DNA from: Patescibacteria group bacterium
Lineage (GTDB): Bacteria; Patescibacteriota; Microgenomatia; UBA8517
Reading direction: 5' to 3'
Assembly (NCBI GenBank): GCA_035291665.1
Contig: DATDRP010000001.1
Span: 146,952 to 210,951, forward strand
DNA: 64,000 nt
Positions 54,943-64,000 of this stretch are shown piece by piece. Within the stretch, counting starts at the first letter, position 1, and every line of letters begins with the position of its first letter. The notes below the pieces were generated by a model, which made no database searches, was not told the origin of the DNA, and saw only the letters and a list, made by a program, of their open reading frames with translations. The translations under genes were made by a program, and so were the position numbers.

Positions 54943-55018
54943 GGCCCAGTAGCTCAATGGACAGAGCAGTTCCCTTCTAAGGAAAAGGTTGGTGGTTCAA
55001 CTCCACCCTGGGTCACCA
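54943..55018 (+). tRNA. tRNA-Arg (anticodon TCT), CCA encoded
   Basis: GGCCCAG-TA-GCTC-AATGGAC-AGAGC...GTTCC-CTTCTAA-GGAAA...GGTGG-TTCAACT-CCACC-CTGGGTC-A-CCA. Confidence 0.8.
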
Positions 55019-55125
55019 AGACTGATCGGTTCTTCAGAGGAAAATCAAAAAACATGTTCAACGTATCTAAGCCATTTTCAATTATATTTTGAAGACTAAT
55101 TTTTAAGGATTTGGATAATGTTATT

Positions 55126-56094
55126 TTAAAATAACCCCTCTTTCAGCTCGTTAATTGACAAAACAACTTCGAATGTTGTCATATCACCGACATTAACAAA
55201 AAGAGAAAGCGAATCTTTATTGTCTCTTTTTATTATTCCCCCACAGGAATAAACTACCCGCCGGTTAGAATGTAATTCACTGACCAGTGGCTTACCGTTT
55301 TCTTTGATAAAATTGTCAGGAGTAATAATAGGTTCTTCGGCTACTTTTACTTTAAATTTATTACCTTTACGGGTTAATTTTGCACGACCGATACTATATA
55401 CAAATTTTCTAATGCCGTGAATTTTTTGAATAGTAATACCATGAATAATAAATAAAGCCTCGTTTTCATTAATCCAAATTGGCGGCATAGTTGTACCTAT
55501 CCTCCATTTAGCCCAATATAAATTTTTCGGAAATACTATATCATCAAGTTTTCGCGGAAGCTGATGATGCAATGAAAATGCGAGAATCTTATGGTGATAT
55601 TTGAGACCTTCCGGACGGAAAAAATAAGTAACATCATCGATCGGCGTCGTATTTTTACCGGGTCCGAAAGTGTTGATAATTAAATAAGGAGGCAGTTCTT
55701 CATTCCATGAACTATGAGAGTCGATTTTAATGATTGCAGGGAAGGGAATCGGGCGTCCCTTTTTATCCCGTAATAATGCAGTGACCCCAATAAGAAGATT
55801 TTCATTTGGAAGCTCAATTACTCTGGGGTCTTCCAAATTTACTCCATCGTACACCGGTTTCCATATGAGGCGTTTATGAACTATATTTCCTGAAATATCC
55901 AATTCAAATAATTTTAATACTCCTGTATCGGGTTCTCCCCTGCTGCCCGGTCTTTTTACTTCTCTGCCTATGAAATAAACCGAATCATTATGAAGGTTTT
56001 GCCAGGCTGCCATATTATATCGGGAAACCCTGCTGCCCGGAAATAAATTTTTTATATTTTTAATTTTCATGGTGTTCTTCGACGATTTTATCAA
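55126..56094 (-). CDS. hypothetical protein, possible beta-propeller glycosidase/phosphorylase (GH130/DUF377-like)
   Basis: 322 aa; no firm motif; assignment rests mainly on the overlapping upstream GT4-GH fusion gene. Confidence 0.3.
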   Translation of the reverse strand: MIKSSKNTMKIKNIKNLFPGSRVSRYNMAAWQNLHNDSVYFIGREVKRPGSRGEPDTGVLKLFELDISGNIVHKRLIWKPVYDGVNLEDPRVIELPNENLLIGVTALLRDKKGRPIPFPAIIKIDSHSSWNEELPPYLIINTFGPGKNTTPIDDVTYFFRPEGLKYHHKILAFSLHHQLPRKLDDIVFPKNLYWAKWRIGTTMPPIWINENEALFIIHGITIQKIHGIRKFVYSIGRAKLTRKGNKFKVKVAEEPIITPDNFIKENGKPLVSELHSNRRVVYSCGGIIKRDNKDSLSLFVNVGDMTTFEVVLSINELKEGLF

Positions 56095-58267
56095 TATTGT
56101 TATATAAATTTAATTTGGATATTGCTATACGGGATAATAAATAAGAAACAAGAGATTCCGCTCCTTGATTTAAATTAATTCGGTCAGGATGCAGTCCGTC
56201 ATAACAACCGCCATTCTGATCATTATAAAGCGGGATTTGTAAACTATTATTTCCCAAAAACCAGCTAAAAGATATTCCAATTAGATTAAGATAATTTTCA
56301 TCGTTAGTTATTTTATGAGCAGTCGATAGAGCCATTATCATAGAAGCAGGATCTTCCGGCTGCTGATCAAAATTACTTCTTTTCCGGTTATTTTTATACC
56401 AAAATGAATGACCAATAGGAATATATCTATTTGATGAAAATGTTTTATTTATGAGAAATGTTAGTGAAGCCTTACCTTTTTCAGTATAGATTTTTGAATG
56501 TGTAATATTTCCGGCGATAAGCAAAGATTCAGGTATGATTGCATTATTGTATCCCAAATAATCAGCAAACCAATTCCAGGATTTTATTGAATTTTTTTTG
56601 TATTCCTTAATCAGTAAATCGGCATGCTCTATGATTAAAGCCAGAAGTTCATCCCGATACTCGGAATAAGCAGTTGAAACCATAGCTAAAGATTTAATAA
56701 TAAAAGCAGAAGAGCGTATATGTTTTAGTTTTCGGGTGACCGGAAGTGCTTTTAAAAATATATCTTTAGCGATATTCCGTAATAATTTTGTATTTTTTTT
56801 GTTACTCATAACTTCACTTACTGCCCATATTGCTCGTGCCGACGAATCTTCCAAATCCTCCGAACTGTTTTGAGTCGTGGCTTCTTTGTGTAAATAATCT
56901 AAATAATTTATAAAACTACCATCATCCTGCTGACACCTTTTAATGAATAAAAGATATTTCAATATTTGCGATTCAGAATACTTATAAGAATCAGATGTCA
57001 TCCAACTGCAGATAACCAACGCCCGCGCATTATCGTCCAAAGTGTACCCGAATTCTTTACTTGGTTTATCCAGTTTGGCAAATTGAAAAAGACCAAAATC
57101 ATCAGTCATATTATTTAAGTGTGTAAAGTTTATTGTTGGCAAAATATTTTGTTTTAGAAGCTCCGAATATTTTTGCGCAACATTGCTCCATAGCATCGGT
57201 CGTGTTTGTTTATAGGCATTCAAATGTTTTTTTTCAAGTTCGGATTTATCACTAAGAAGACCCTTTAATGCTCTCGCATATGCATTGGAATCTTTAATAG
57301 GCACAAGGATTCCGGAATCTTTATTTATAATTTCCTTTGCCTGGGCAAATTCAGTACTTACAACCGCTCTCCCTGTTCCCAATGCATAAGATAAAGTTCC
57401 GCTTACAGCCTGGTTGATATTAATTGAAGTGGATATATAAATATCTGTAGCTTTCAAAAATGTAAATAAATCAGATAGCGATAAATATTGATCATAAAAC
57501 CTAACGTGATTTTCTAATTTCAATTCAGTAACAAGTTCAATCAACCCGTTTCTGTAACTTTCACCTTCATCTCTTTTGACTATCGGATGGGTTTGTCCCA
57601 AAATAAGATAAAGTAATTTAGGTTGGGTTTTTATAAGTTCTGGAAGAGCTTTTATAACATATTCAATACCTTTTCCTCTACTCAGTAACCCAAATGTTGA
57701 CAGGATGCTCAAGTCTTCATTTAATTTTAGTTTTTGTTTTGCCTTTTTGGTAGTCGAAAAAGCAGTGAAGTGGATACCGTGAGGAATGACATAAACTTTC
57801 CCTTTTGATTTTGGGTATAGTATTTCTAATATACTTTTCGAACTTTCTGTTAATACAACAATTATGTTAGCCCTATTAATTATCCTTTCTGTTACATCTT
57901 TCATATGGGTAGATGGTGAAGGAAGTACAGTATGGAGTGTAACCAGTAACGGTTTTTTATAAGAATCGATAAATGAAAGAATGTATTTACCATCAATTCC
58001 GCCATAGATTCCGTATTCATGCTGAATCATTACCCCGCTTATTTCGGAGTCAGAATTAAAGCGTAATGCTAGTTTTTTATATTCTTTTTTGTTGTTCTGA
58101 TTAATAATCCATTCCACCTCCGAAGGATAATTGAATAAATCGAGAGGTGAAAAGTTCATCGCCGCAACTTTACATTGAATCTCATTACCCAGAAGCTTTT
58201 GACTTGAGTTTAATAAATCCTGGTTGAATGTTGCTATTCCGCATTCACGGGGAGGATATGTTCCCAT
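56060..58267 (-). CDS. glycosyltransferase family 4 fused to a C-terminal (alpha/alpha)6-barrel glycoside-hydrolase-like domain
   Basis: N-terminal GT4 MGTYPPRECGIATF... with RGKGIEYVIKAL...; C-terminal ~350 aa helical-repeat domain (DDNARALVICSWM...) like amylo-alpha-1,6-glucosidase/GDE_C. Confidence 0.6.
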   Translation of the reverse strand: MGTYPPRECGIATFNQDLLNSSQKLLGNEIQCKVAAMNFSPLDLFNYPSEVEWIINQNNKKEYKKLALRFNSDSEISGVMIQHEYGIYGGIDGKYILSFIDSYKKPLLVTLHTVLPSPSTHMKDVTERIINRANIIVVLTESSKSILEILYPKSKGKVYVIPHGIHFTAFSTTKKAKQKLKLNEDLSILSTFGLLSRGKGIEYVIKALPELIKTQPKLLYLILGQTHPIVKRDEGESYRNGLIELVTELKLENHVRFYDQYLSLSDLFTFLKATDIYISTSININQAVSGTLSYALGTGRAVVSTEFAQAKEIINKDSGILVPIKDSNAYARALKGLLSDKSELEKKHLNAYKQTRPMLWSNVAQKYSELLKQNILPTINFTHLNNMTDDFGLFQFAKLDKPSKEFGYTLDDNARALVICSWMTSDSYKYSESQILKYLLFIKRCQQDDGSFINYLDYLHKEATTQNSSEDLEDSSARAIWAVSEVMSNKKNTKLLRNIAKDIFLKALPVTRKLKHIRSSAFIIKSLAMVSTAYSEYRDELLALIIEHADLLIKEYKKNSIKSWNWFADYLGYNNAIIPESLLIAGNITHSKIYTEKGKASLTFLINKTFSSNRYIPIGHSFWYKNNRKRSNFDQQPEDPASMIMALSTAHKITNDENYLNLIGISFSWFLGNNSLQIPLYNDQNGGCYDGLHPDRINLNQGAESLVSYLLSRIAISKLNLYNNIDKIVEEHHEN

Positions 58268-58437
58268 GAAGACAACAGTAGGTTTTATTGTCAGCGTACT
58301 TATCCATTATACGCTTTTGGATCAAATTAGACTGAAATTAGTGTTTCAAAACCGATGTAATTAATAGAATAATTTACCTGCTGTAACATTATTCTTAAAT
58401 GTTTTTTGGAAATAACGATAGTTACAAATTAGTCAGA

Positions 58438-59580
58438 TCATATAAACCTGATCTTCATTCCGTCTTCAACTTTTGTTTTCAGTGAAACTTCCTGTCCGGG
58501 AAACTTTGACCCGGTTCCCCAAATTTTCGCTTTTATTATATTTTCGGAAAATTCTTCACCAATTTTCTCCAAAATTTTTCCAAGATCATAGCCATTTTTA
58601 ACCACCATTGGTTGATCATCTCCCGGCTCATCATCATGTTTAATCAAGTATATTCGAATAAGACCAAGTGTCTTCAATACCTCATCTTTTAATTCTTCAA
58701 TTCCGATTCCCATTTGAGCACTAACTTTAAAAATCTTCTGCAAATGAATCGATTCATTAGAAGTATCAGTTTGATCAATTGAATCATTGTTTTTTCGAGA
58801 CTCATCCAATAAATCAACTTTGTTCAAAAGATATATTGCCGGAATATAGACACGGTTTCTCGATGTTGCGTCAATTAATTGCTCAAGGTCAACCTTTTCA
58901 TTTATAGTAATTTCAGCATTTTTTATTCCCATTTCAGAAACAACTTCTTTTATCGTTTCCTTTCCGATTTCTTGATGATGATTTGAGTGAATTGTAATTC
59001 CGCCTTTGAGTTTTTTATCGATTAGTATTTGTGGTTTTTTCTTATTAATTCTGATCCCGTGTTTTTCCAAAGAATCCGTTATTTTTTCTAATGCATTCGG
59101 GAATTCGTTATCGGTCATAATTATCAAAAGATCAGCCCCCCGTACAACAGACAAAACTTCCCTGCCACGGCCTTTTCCGATTTCAGCTCCTTCAATAAGC
59201 CCCGGAACATCCAATATTTGAATTCTAGCGTCTTTATATACCATCATTCCGGGAATAACAGTAACGGTCGTAAAGGCATATGGTGCAACTTTACTTCTCG
59301 CATTAGTAAGCTGATTTATCAAAGTTGATTTTCCAACTGAAGGAGGACCAACCAAAACTACTGTAGCATCCCCTTGGTGTTTAACTGAATAACCTCCTCC
59401 GCCTCCGCCTTTTGATTTGATAACGCTCTCAAATTGTTTATCTTTGAGCCTCGAAAGTCTTGCCCGGAGCATCCCGATATGATGTTCAGTCCCTTTGTGA
59501 TAGGGAGTTTCCCTGATTTCTTTTTGAATTGACTCAATTTGTTCTTGAATTGTTGACATTTCAGTGAAATTATACCTCAT
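58438..59580 (-). CDS. DRG-family (developmentally regulated GTP-binding protein-like) GTPase with C-terminal TGS domain
   Basis: N-terminal helix IQKEIRETPYHKGTEHHIGMLRARLSRLK, G1 LVGPPSVGKSTL, G2 FTT, G3 DVPGLIEGA, DRG hallmark GKGRGREV, NKVD (G4), C-terminal TGS. Confidence 0.8.
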   Translation of the reverse strand: MRYNFTEMSTIQEQIESIQKEIRETPYHKGTEHHIGMLRARLSRLKDKQFESVIKSKGGGGGGYSVKHQGDATVVLVGPPSVGKSTLINQLTNARSKVAPYAFTTVTVIPGMMVYKDARIQILDVPGLIEGAEIGKGRGREVLSVVRGADLLIIMTDNEFPNALEKITDSLEKHGIRINKKKPQILIDKKLKGGITIHSNHHQEIGKETIKEVVSEMGIKNAEITINEKVDLEQLIDATSRNRVYIPAIYLLNKVDLLDESRKNNDSIDQTDTSNESIHLQKIFKVSAQMGIGIEELKDEVLKTLGLIRIYLIKHDDEPGDDQPMVVKNGYDLGKILEKIGEEFSENIIKAKIWGTGSKFPGQEVSLKTKVEDGMKIRFI

Positions 59581-59682
59581 ATTGAGTATAATTAGCGGAT
59601 AAGGAAAGTATTTATCTGATTTTAAGGATATTTAGCCACTGTGATGAAATGGATATCACATCGGTCAGATAATCAAAATATA

Positions 59683-59712
59683 TGTGCTCGTAGCTCAATG
59701 GATAAGCAGAGC
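59683..59712 (+). pseudogene. tRNA 5' fragment (resembles the 5' half of the downstream tRNA-Arg)
   Basis: GTGCTCGTAGCTCAATGGATAAGCAGAGC parallels GCCCGTGTAGCTTAACGGATAAAGCAGCGG of tRNA-Arg(TCG), but no T-arm follows. Confidence 0.35.
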
Positions 59713-59772
59713 TTGGCCAAACTACGTTTGGTAGATCATCTGTCTTAGACATTGATGATGACAAGAAAATTA

Positions 59773-59844
59773 GCCCGTGTAGCTTAACGGATAAAGCAGC
59801 GGTCTTCGGAACCGCTGATGAGGGTTCAATTCCCCCCACGGGCA
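59773..59844 (+). tRNA. tRNA-Arg (anticodon TCG)
   Basis: GCCCGTG-TA-GCTT-AACGGATA-AAGC-A-GCGGT-CTTCGGA-ACCGC...TTCAATT...CACGGGC-A. Confidence 0.8.
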
Positions 59845-59897
59845 CATGAATTATTTGGAAAGCAATTGTAGAGTATAGTTAAAAAATTGAATATTAG

Positions 59898-59982
59898 GCC
59901 GAGGTGGCGGAATGGCAGACGCGCAGGACTTAAAATCCTGTTTCTGAAATCAGAAGTGAGGGTTCGAGTCCCTCCCCCGGCA
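59898..59982 (+). tRNA. tRNA-Leu (anticodon TAA), type II
   Basis: GCCGAGG...CAGGA-CTTAAAA-TCCTG...long variable arm...GAGGG-TTCGAGT-CCCTC-CCCCGGC-A. Confidence 0.8.
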
Positions 59983-60011
59983 CACCTGCATAGCAGGTTT
60001 CAGTCTGGCTA

Positions 60012-60272
60012 ATGTACATTGTTTACTTGTTACAAAGCAAAACTAATCCAGAAAAGAGTTACGTCGGTCGAACTATTAAGCCTATTCTTGTAAGATTAGA
60101 TGAACATAATAAAGGTTTAACAAAATCAACCAAACCTTATATTCCATGGAGATTGGTTTATTATGAACAGTTTTATTGTAAACTCTGTTCAGATAAACGA
60201 GAGATTTATTTGAAATCAGGTAGGGGGTTTAGACTAAGAAAATTAATATTGATCAACCAAAATATGTTGTAG
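60012..60272 (+). CDS. GIY-YIG nuclease family protein (UPF0213-like)
   Basis: MYIVYLLQSKTNPEKSYVGRTIKPILVRLDEHNKG...PWRLVYYEQF; begins 30 nt after tRNA-Leu(TAA). Confidence 0.7.
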   Translation: MYIVYLLQSKTNPEKSYVGRTIKPILVRLDEHNKGLTKSTKPYIPWRLVYYEQFYCKLCSDKREIYLKSGRGFRLRKLILINQNML

Positions 60273-60292
60273 TTGAATTCTGCTTTGCAGAA

Positions 60293-60365
60293 CGGAGTGT
60301 GGCTCAGCTGGTAGAGCGCCGCGTTTGGGACGCGGAGGTCCCCGGTTCGAATCCGGGCACTCCGA
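60293..60365 (+). tRNA. tRNA-Pro (anticodon TGG)
   Basis: CGGAGTG-TG-GCTC-AGCTGGTA-GAGC-G-CCGCG-TTTGGGA-CGCGG...CCCGG-TTCGAAT-CCGGG-CACTCCG-A. Confidence 0.85.
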
Positions 60366-60505
60366 CAAGTGAAAATCGATAGTGTCCGGGTTCGATGGTG
60401 CAACTTAAGGAAAAATTATGCACGGCGAATCCCTGTCTGCCGACAGGCAGGCGGGCACTCCGACTGATAGATTTTGTTTTGATATAATATATTTTGACAA
60501 TTTAA

Positions 60506-60576
60506 GCGGGTGTAGTTGATCGGCTCAACACCTCCCTTCCAAGGAGGAAAGACGGGTTCAACTCCCGTCACCCGCT
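60506..60576 (+). tRNA. tRNA-Gly (anticodon TCC)
   Basis: GCGGGTG-TA-GTTG-ATCGGCT-CAAC-A-CCTCC-CTTCCAA-GGAGG...ACGGG-TTCAACT-CCCGT-CACCCGC-T. Confidence 0.85.
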
Positions 60577-60656
60577 CAAAAATCTGAGATTAAATAGAAG
60601 AACAACGTATTATTTTGTTTTAAGTCTTAAGTTTTCTGAAGGTTGCGAAATGAAGA

Positions 60657-61571
60657 TTATTTCCTGACTCCGATAATTACCTGGACGTCAAATGCAGAAT
60701 CTTTATTCAATTCACTTGATTTTGATGCTACTTGGAAAGTATCTGAAAGAGCTTCTTTCAAATCTTCATAAACTGAATCGGGAACTCCATCTTTCAACTT
60801 AATTTCAGCATCTTCATAATTATAATTGTCAGCGTTACCTGCTGTAACAGCGTCAAACTCAAATTCTTTAAGAAGATCCTTTGCAACACCTGCTTCTCCC
60901 GGAACACCTGAACCGTTAAGAATACTTAATTTATACTTTGAATAATCAACTTCACTCGATGTTTCTGCTGGTGTGGGAGTGGCGGTTGGTTCAGTTTCAA
61001 CCGGTTTTGGTTCTTCTTTATTTTCATCAGTTGTTTTTGTAGCAATACTTTTCTGATAGTAAATTACTCCTCCAGCAATTGCGGCAACAAGAGAAAGGAT
61101 CAGTAGAATGATTAAGAATATTTTGAAAAAACTTCTGTCTTTTTTTGGTTGGTTGGTCGGTTCAGATTCATTATAATTCTCGATCCATTTATTTACTTCT
61201 TCAGCCGATGATTTTGGTTTTTCATCAGTAGTTTCAGTAGTCGCCTCTTCGCTTGGAGGGTTTGAAGTGGGATCTTCTTTTTTATCTGAGTCGATTAATG
61301 AAAACGAGGTAACGCCAGTTGGTGAGGAAGTTTCAGTTTTGACATCCGAATCTGAAGATAAAATATCAGTTTCGGGTTTCAGATCAACCTCTTTTACATC
61401 TTTAGATGATTCAGGTTCGACCTTTTTGCTATCAGCTTTTGGAGATTTTGTTGAAGTTTTAACAGTTACAACTTCTTCTTTTACGTCTGATTTATCAACT
61501 ATAACCGAATCTTCATCACCGGGAACTTCAATTTCAACTTCTTCTTTATCTTTTTTGTCAGCAGATACCAT
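60657..61571 (-). CDS. membrane-anchored protein with C-terminal LytR_C domain
   Basis: Acidic low-complexity N-region, one TM (FFKIFLIILLILSLVAAIAGGVIYY), C-terminal LSILNGSGVPGEAGVAKDLLKEFEFDAVTAGNADNYNYE. Confidence 0.6.
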   Translation of the reverse strand: MVSADKKDKEEVEIEVPGDEDSVIVDKSDVKEEVVTVKTSTKSPKADSKKVEPESSKDVKEVDLKPETDILSSDSDVKTETSSPTGVTSFSLIDSDKKEDPTSNPPSEEATTETTDEKPKSSAEEVNKWIENYNESEPTNQPKKDRSFFKIFLIILLILSLVAAIAGGVIYYQKSIATKTTDENKEEPKPVETEPTATPTPAETSSEVDYSKYKLSILNGSGVPGEAGVAKDLLKEFEFDAVTAGNADNYNYEDAEIKLKDGVPDSVYEDLKEALSDTFQVASKSSELNKDSAFDVQVIIGVRK

Positions 61572-61765
61572 GTCTATTGTTTATTTTGTAAGATATAGAA
61601 TGTTTTGTCAACATATAACTGTAGGATCAAATATGTTAAAATATCAATGTAAATAGTTAGAACTTTGAAAAAATTGGAAATTGAACATCATGAATTGATC
61701 ACTTGAAGTTTGTAATTTCATAATTTTATTAGAAATTAAGAATTAAAAATTAGTAATTTGTTTAT

Positions 61766-61839
61766 GGTGGGTGTAGCTTAATGGCTAAAGCGCTTCCCTG
61801 TGGAGGAAGAGACTGCCGGTTCGAGCCCGGTCATCCACC
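61766..61839 (+). tRNA. tRNA-His (anticodon GTG) with encoded G-1
   Basis: G(-1)+GTGGGTG acceptor, C73 discriminator, anticodon stem-loop CTTCC-CTGTGGA-GGAAG, T-loop TTCGAGC. Confidence 0.85.
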
Positions 61840-61843
61840 CCTA

Positions 61844-62893
61844 TTAAACTTCAACCTTTTCTGTTGATTCGATGTAATTTATAAGTTGGTCACCGATGCT
61901 TTGGTCTTCTCCGCTAATTCCGATTTCTGTGGTTAATGCTTTTGAACCAAATTTTGTATGGTTACTGGTCCCCACAAACCACCAGTATTTTCCCTGATTT
62001 TCAGTTAATATGAATTTTGCATGTATTTGTTTACCTGTTGGATTAAATATTTTTAATATTGAATTTTTAGTAGAAGATCTAAATTCGTTATTTGAAAGAA
62101 TTTTAGTAATATTAAAAGGAATCTTTTTTAAACTCTCCCATTCGTACTGTCTATTAACTAATAGATTAATGTTTGAACCTCTGGAACTCGCAAAATTAAC
62201 AGTATCATTTAGTTCATCCGGACACCATGAAGATACAACCCATAGGTTTGAGCTTGCATTGAGATTTTCGTGTAGTTTTTGATCGGCATATCTTGAAAGT
62301 ACACCAGCTGAACTTTTACCAGTATCGAAAACCAATTCTAAATCTCCAGCTTTTTGATTCCAACTCTTTTTTTCTTTACTATAATCCCAAAAACTTACTA
62401 TTTTTAACATTTGCACGATTTCTGGTTGAGTAATTTTCATAAACAGTTCATCACGATTAAATGAAGGTTCTGCAAAATCAAAAGATGATAAATATGCTGT
62501 TTCTCCAAGCATAATAATTCTTACATGGTTTCTTCCGACATACTTATTTATTATTGGTATATTGGAATATTTTTCATGCGTGAAGCGAATTACGAAACCA
62601 TCGCCATTGATACCGTCTGCTGGAAATCCCTTTTCGAACTCTTTTCTTGCACTAGAATCGACATTTACGATAGTTTTACATTTCTTTTCTGATAAATCAT
62701 GATAAAAAGGAGTACATCGAGTTCCGGCTTCAAACTGTCGTGACTGCAATATGATTACCTCTATATCATCTTGTTGTAGCTTTTGGTGAATTTCTTCAAT
62801 AACACTTTTTAAATTCATTAACTCAACCCCGGTTTCCGCTTTTTCCCCAAGAACAGAGTCTGCCTGTTTAAGATTAACTACACTTTCTATCAT
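61844..62893 (-). CDS. phospholipase D-like (HKD motif) domain protein
   Basis: C-terminal HKD motif IHAKFILTENQGKYWWFVGTSNHT; degenerate N-terminal repeat (NHVRIIMLGETAYLSSFDF). Could be a PLD-family nuclease or phosphodiesterase. Confidence 0.55.
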   Translation of the reverse strand: MIESVVNLKQADSVLGEKAETGVELMNLKSVIEEIHQKLQQDDIEVIILQSRQFEAGTRCTPFYHDLSEKKCKTIVNVDSSARKEFEKGFPADGINGDGFVIRFTHEKYSNIPIINKYVGRNHVRIIMLGETAYLSSFDFAEPSFNRDELFMKITQPEIVQMLKIVSFWDYSKEKKSWNQKAGDLELVFDTGKSSAGVLSRYADQKLHENLNASSNLWVVSSWCPDELNDTVNFASSRGSNINLLVNRQYEWESLKKIPFNITKILSNNEFRSSTKNSILKIFNPTGKQIHAKFILTENQGKYWWFVGTSNHTKFGSKALTTEIGISGEDQSIGDQLINYIESTEKVEV

Positions 62894-63069
62894 AATAATA
62901 CCTATAGTATATCATATCTAAAGTTCATAATTAAATATTAAACGTCTATATTTTAACCGAATATTTAAGTTTTTAAGCACAATAAATTTAGACTCAATAT
63001 TTATTAATCATTATCATATAGTACAGATTTGAATCTACATAAATAATATGATAAAATTTACCCTATATT

Positions 63070-63495
63070 ATGAAAAGCGTATTGATTAAAATAATTTTAT
63101 TTGTCGCAGTATTGATCTCGACATCATATTTATTGGGAGATAAACAGATATTAGCCAAACAAAACAACAAGAACGTTCCAATCGTTGATTTTCATTATAA
63201 CTGGCTTGATCTTTATGTTGGTTTCGATATTGAAAATACATCACAATATACCCAAATAGGATACGAAATTAGTTATATTAAAAACGATGATCAGACGATG
63301 GTTGTTAAAGGGATTATTGATAATTCAACCAGACAGTCTTTTATAGAAAGAGAGAAAATAATTTTGGGTAGTTGTTCTACTGGAGGAACGTGTATATATG
63401 ATAACCGTACGTCCCCCGTCACACTTACTCTTAATTTTAGTAGATCTCATAATGGACACCACTTCAATTATTCGGTAACAGAAATCTTAAAATAA
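63070..63495 (+). CDS. hypothetical secreted protein
   Basis: Signal peptide MKSVLIKIILFVAVLISTSYLLG; 141 aa; no motif. Confidence 0.45.
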   Translation: MKSVLIKIILFVAVLISTSYLLGDKQILAKQNNKNVPIVDFHYNWLDLYVGFDIENTSQYTQIGYEISYIKNDDQTMVVKGIIDNSTRQSFIEREKIILGSCSTGGTCIYDNRTSPVTLTLNFSRSHNGHHFNYSVTEILK

Positions 63496-63667
63496 TTAGT
63501 GTTTTCGGTAAGAAGTTATACCCGTATACTCTCAAAATCTTTGGAATCCGGGGCTATTGTAGCTTGAACATCGTTTAAGGTGACCCTCATTTATTTGTAA
63601 ATTACATACCTAAAAAATACCCATTAGTAATCTAACTGATCCTAATTTGGGTTATAATAAGTAAATT

Positions 63668-64000
63668 ATGTTAATTGACAGGGCTGAAATTACCTTATCC
63701 GGTGGGCACGGCGGAGCCGGAATGCTGAAAAAACCCAAAGGACCGGATGGAGGAAACGGAGGAAACGGCGGTGATGTTTATATAGCAGGATCTTCTAATT
63801 TGAATCTATTGAACCAGTTTGGACAAGTAGACTTTTTCTCTGCTGGTAATGGTGGAATGGGAGCACGTAATAATAAAACTGGCAAACGAGGGGATGATAT
63901 TGAAATACTTCTACCGGTCGGAACATCTGTTTACAATAGAAAAACGAGTGAGTTAATTATTGACATAAGAAAGACTGACGATCGCTTTCTTATTTGCAAC
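63668..64000 (+). CDS. obg: GTPase Obg, N-terminal Obg-fold region (partial; continues beyond window)
   Basis: MLIDRAEITLSGGHGGAGMLKKPKGPDGGNGGNGGDVYI: glycine-rich Obg fold. Confidence 0.8.
   Translation, partial: MLIDRAEITLSGGHGGAGMLKKPKGPDGGNGGNGGDVYIAGSSNLNLLNQFGQVDFFSAGNGGMGARNNKTGKRGDDIEILLPVGTSVYNRKTSELIIDIRKTDDRFLICN

Overview
This is an AT-rich (~33-35% GC), compact window from a small-genome bacterium. By gene content it looks like a Patescibacteria/CPR-like lineage; that is inference, not a database result. The standard genetic code is used (long intact ORFs, no sign of UGA recoding).

Contents, 5'->3':
- A partial DUF2723-like membrane protein, two GT2 glycosyltransferases and two SAM methyltransferases.
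- A large type IV pilus locus: eight canonical class-III prepilins, two atypical pilin-like proteins, an embedded PilD prepilin peptidase, then a PilX-like protein and PilM/PilN/PilO.
- A housekeeping block on the minus strand: KH protein, rpsP, rnc, an ACP-like protein, nusB, an unannotated rpmF (L32), recG and tyrS. The tail of this block (tyrS) lies divergently from a class A PBP1A.
- The conserved thrS-infC-rpmI-rplT-pheS-pheT cluster with structured leaders upstream of thrS and pheS, then typA/bipA.
- An aromatic amino-acid operon: class I-beta DAHP synthase, chorismate mutase, and a fused prephenate dehydrogenase / prephenate dehydratase. It is preceded by a ~400-nt leader carrying a perfect sigma70 promoter and two tandem ribosome-mediated attenuators with Phe/Tyr-rich leader peptides. 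This is the most striking feature in the window.
- Trigger factor, a family of ~68-nt structured REP-like repeats, and two homologous ~120-145-nt promoter elements built from AAGAGTNN 8-mers upstream of a Y-family polymerase (dinB) and a small ORF.
- A tRNA-rich stretch (15 tRNAs identified by hand folding) littered with partial tRNA 5'/3' duplications. Within it sit GIY-YIG nuclease genes (one intact, one degenerate), an HNH-like gene, an archaeal/eukaryotic-type DRG GTPase, glycan-active enzymes, a PLD-like protein, and the 5' end of obg.

No CRISPR array, integrase or transposase was found.
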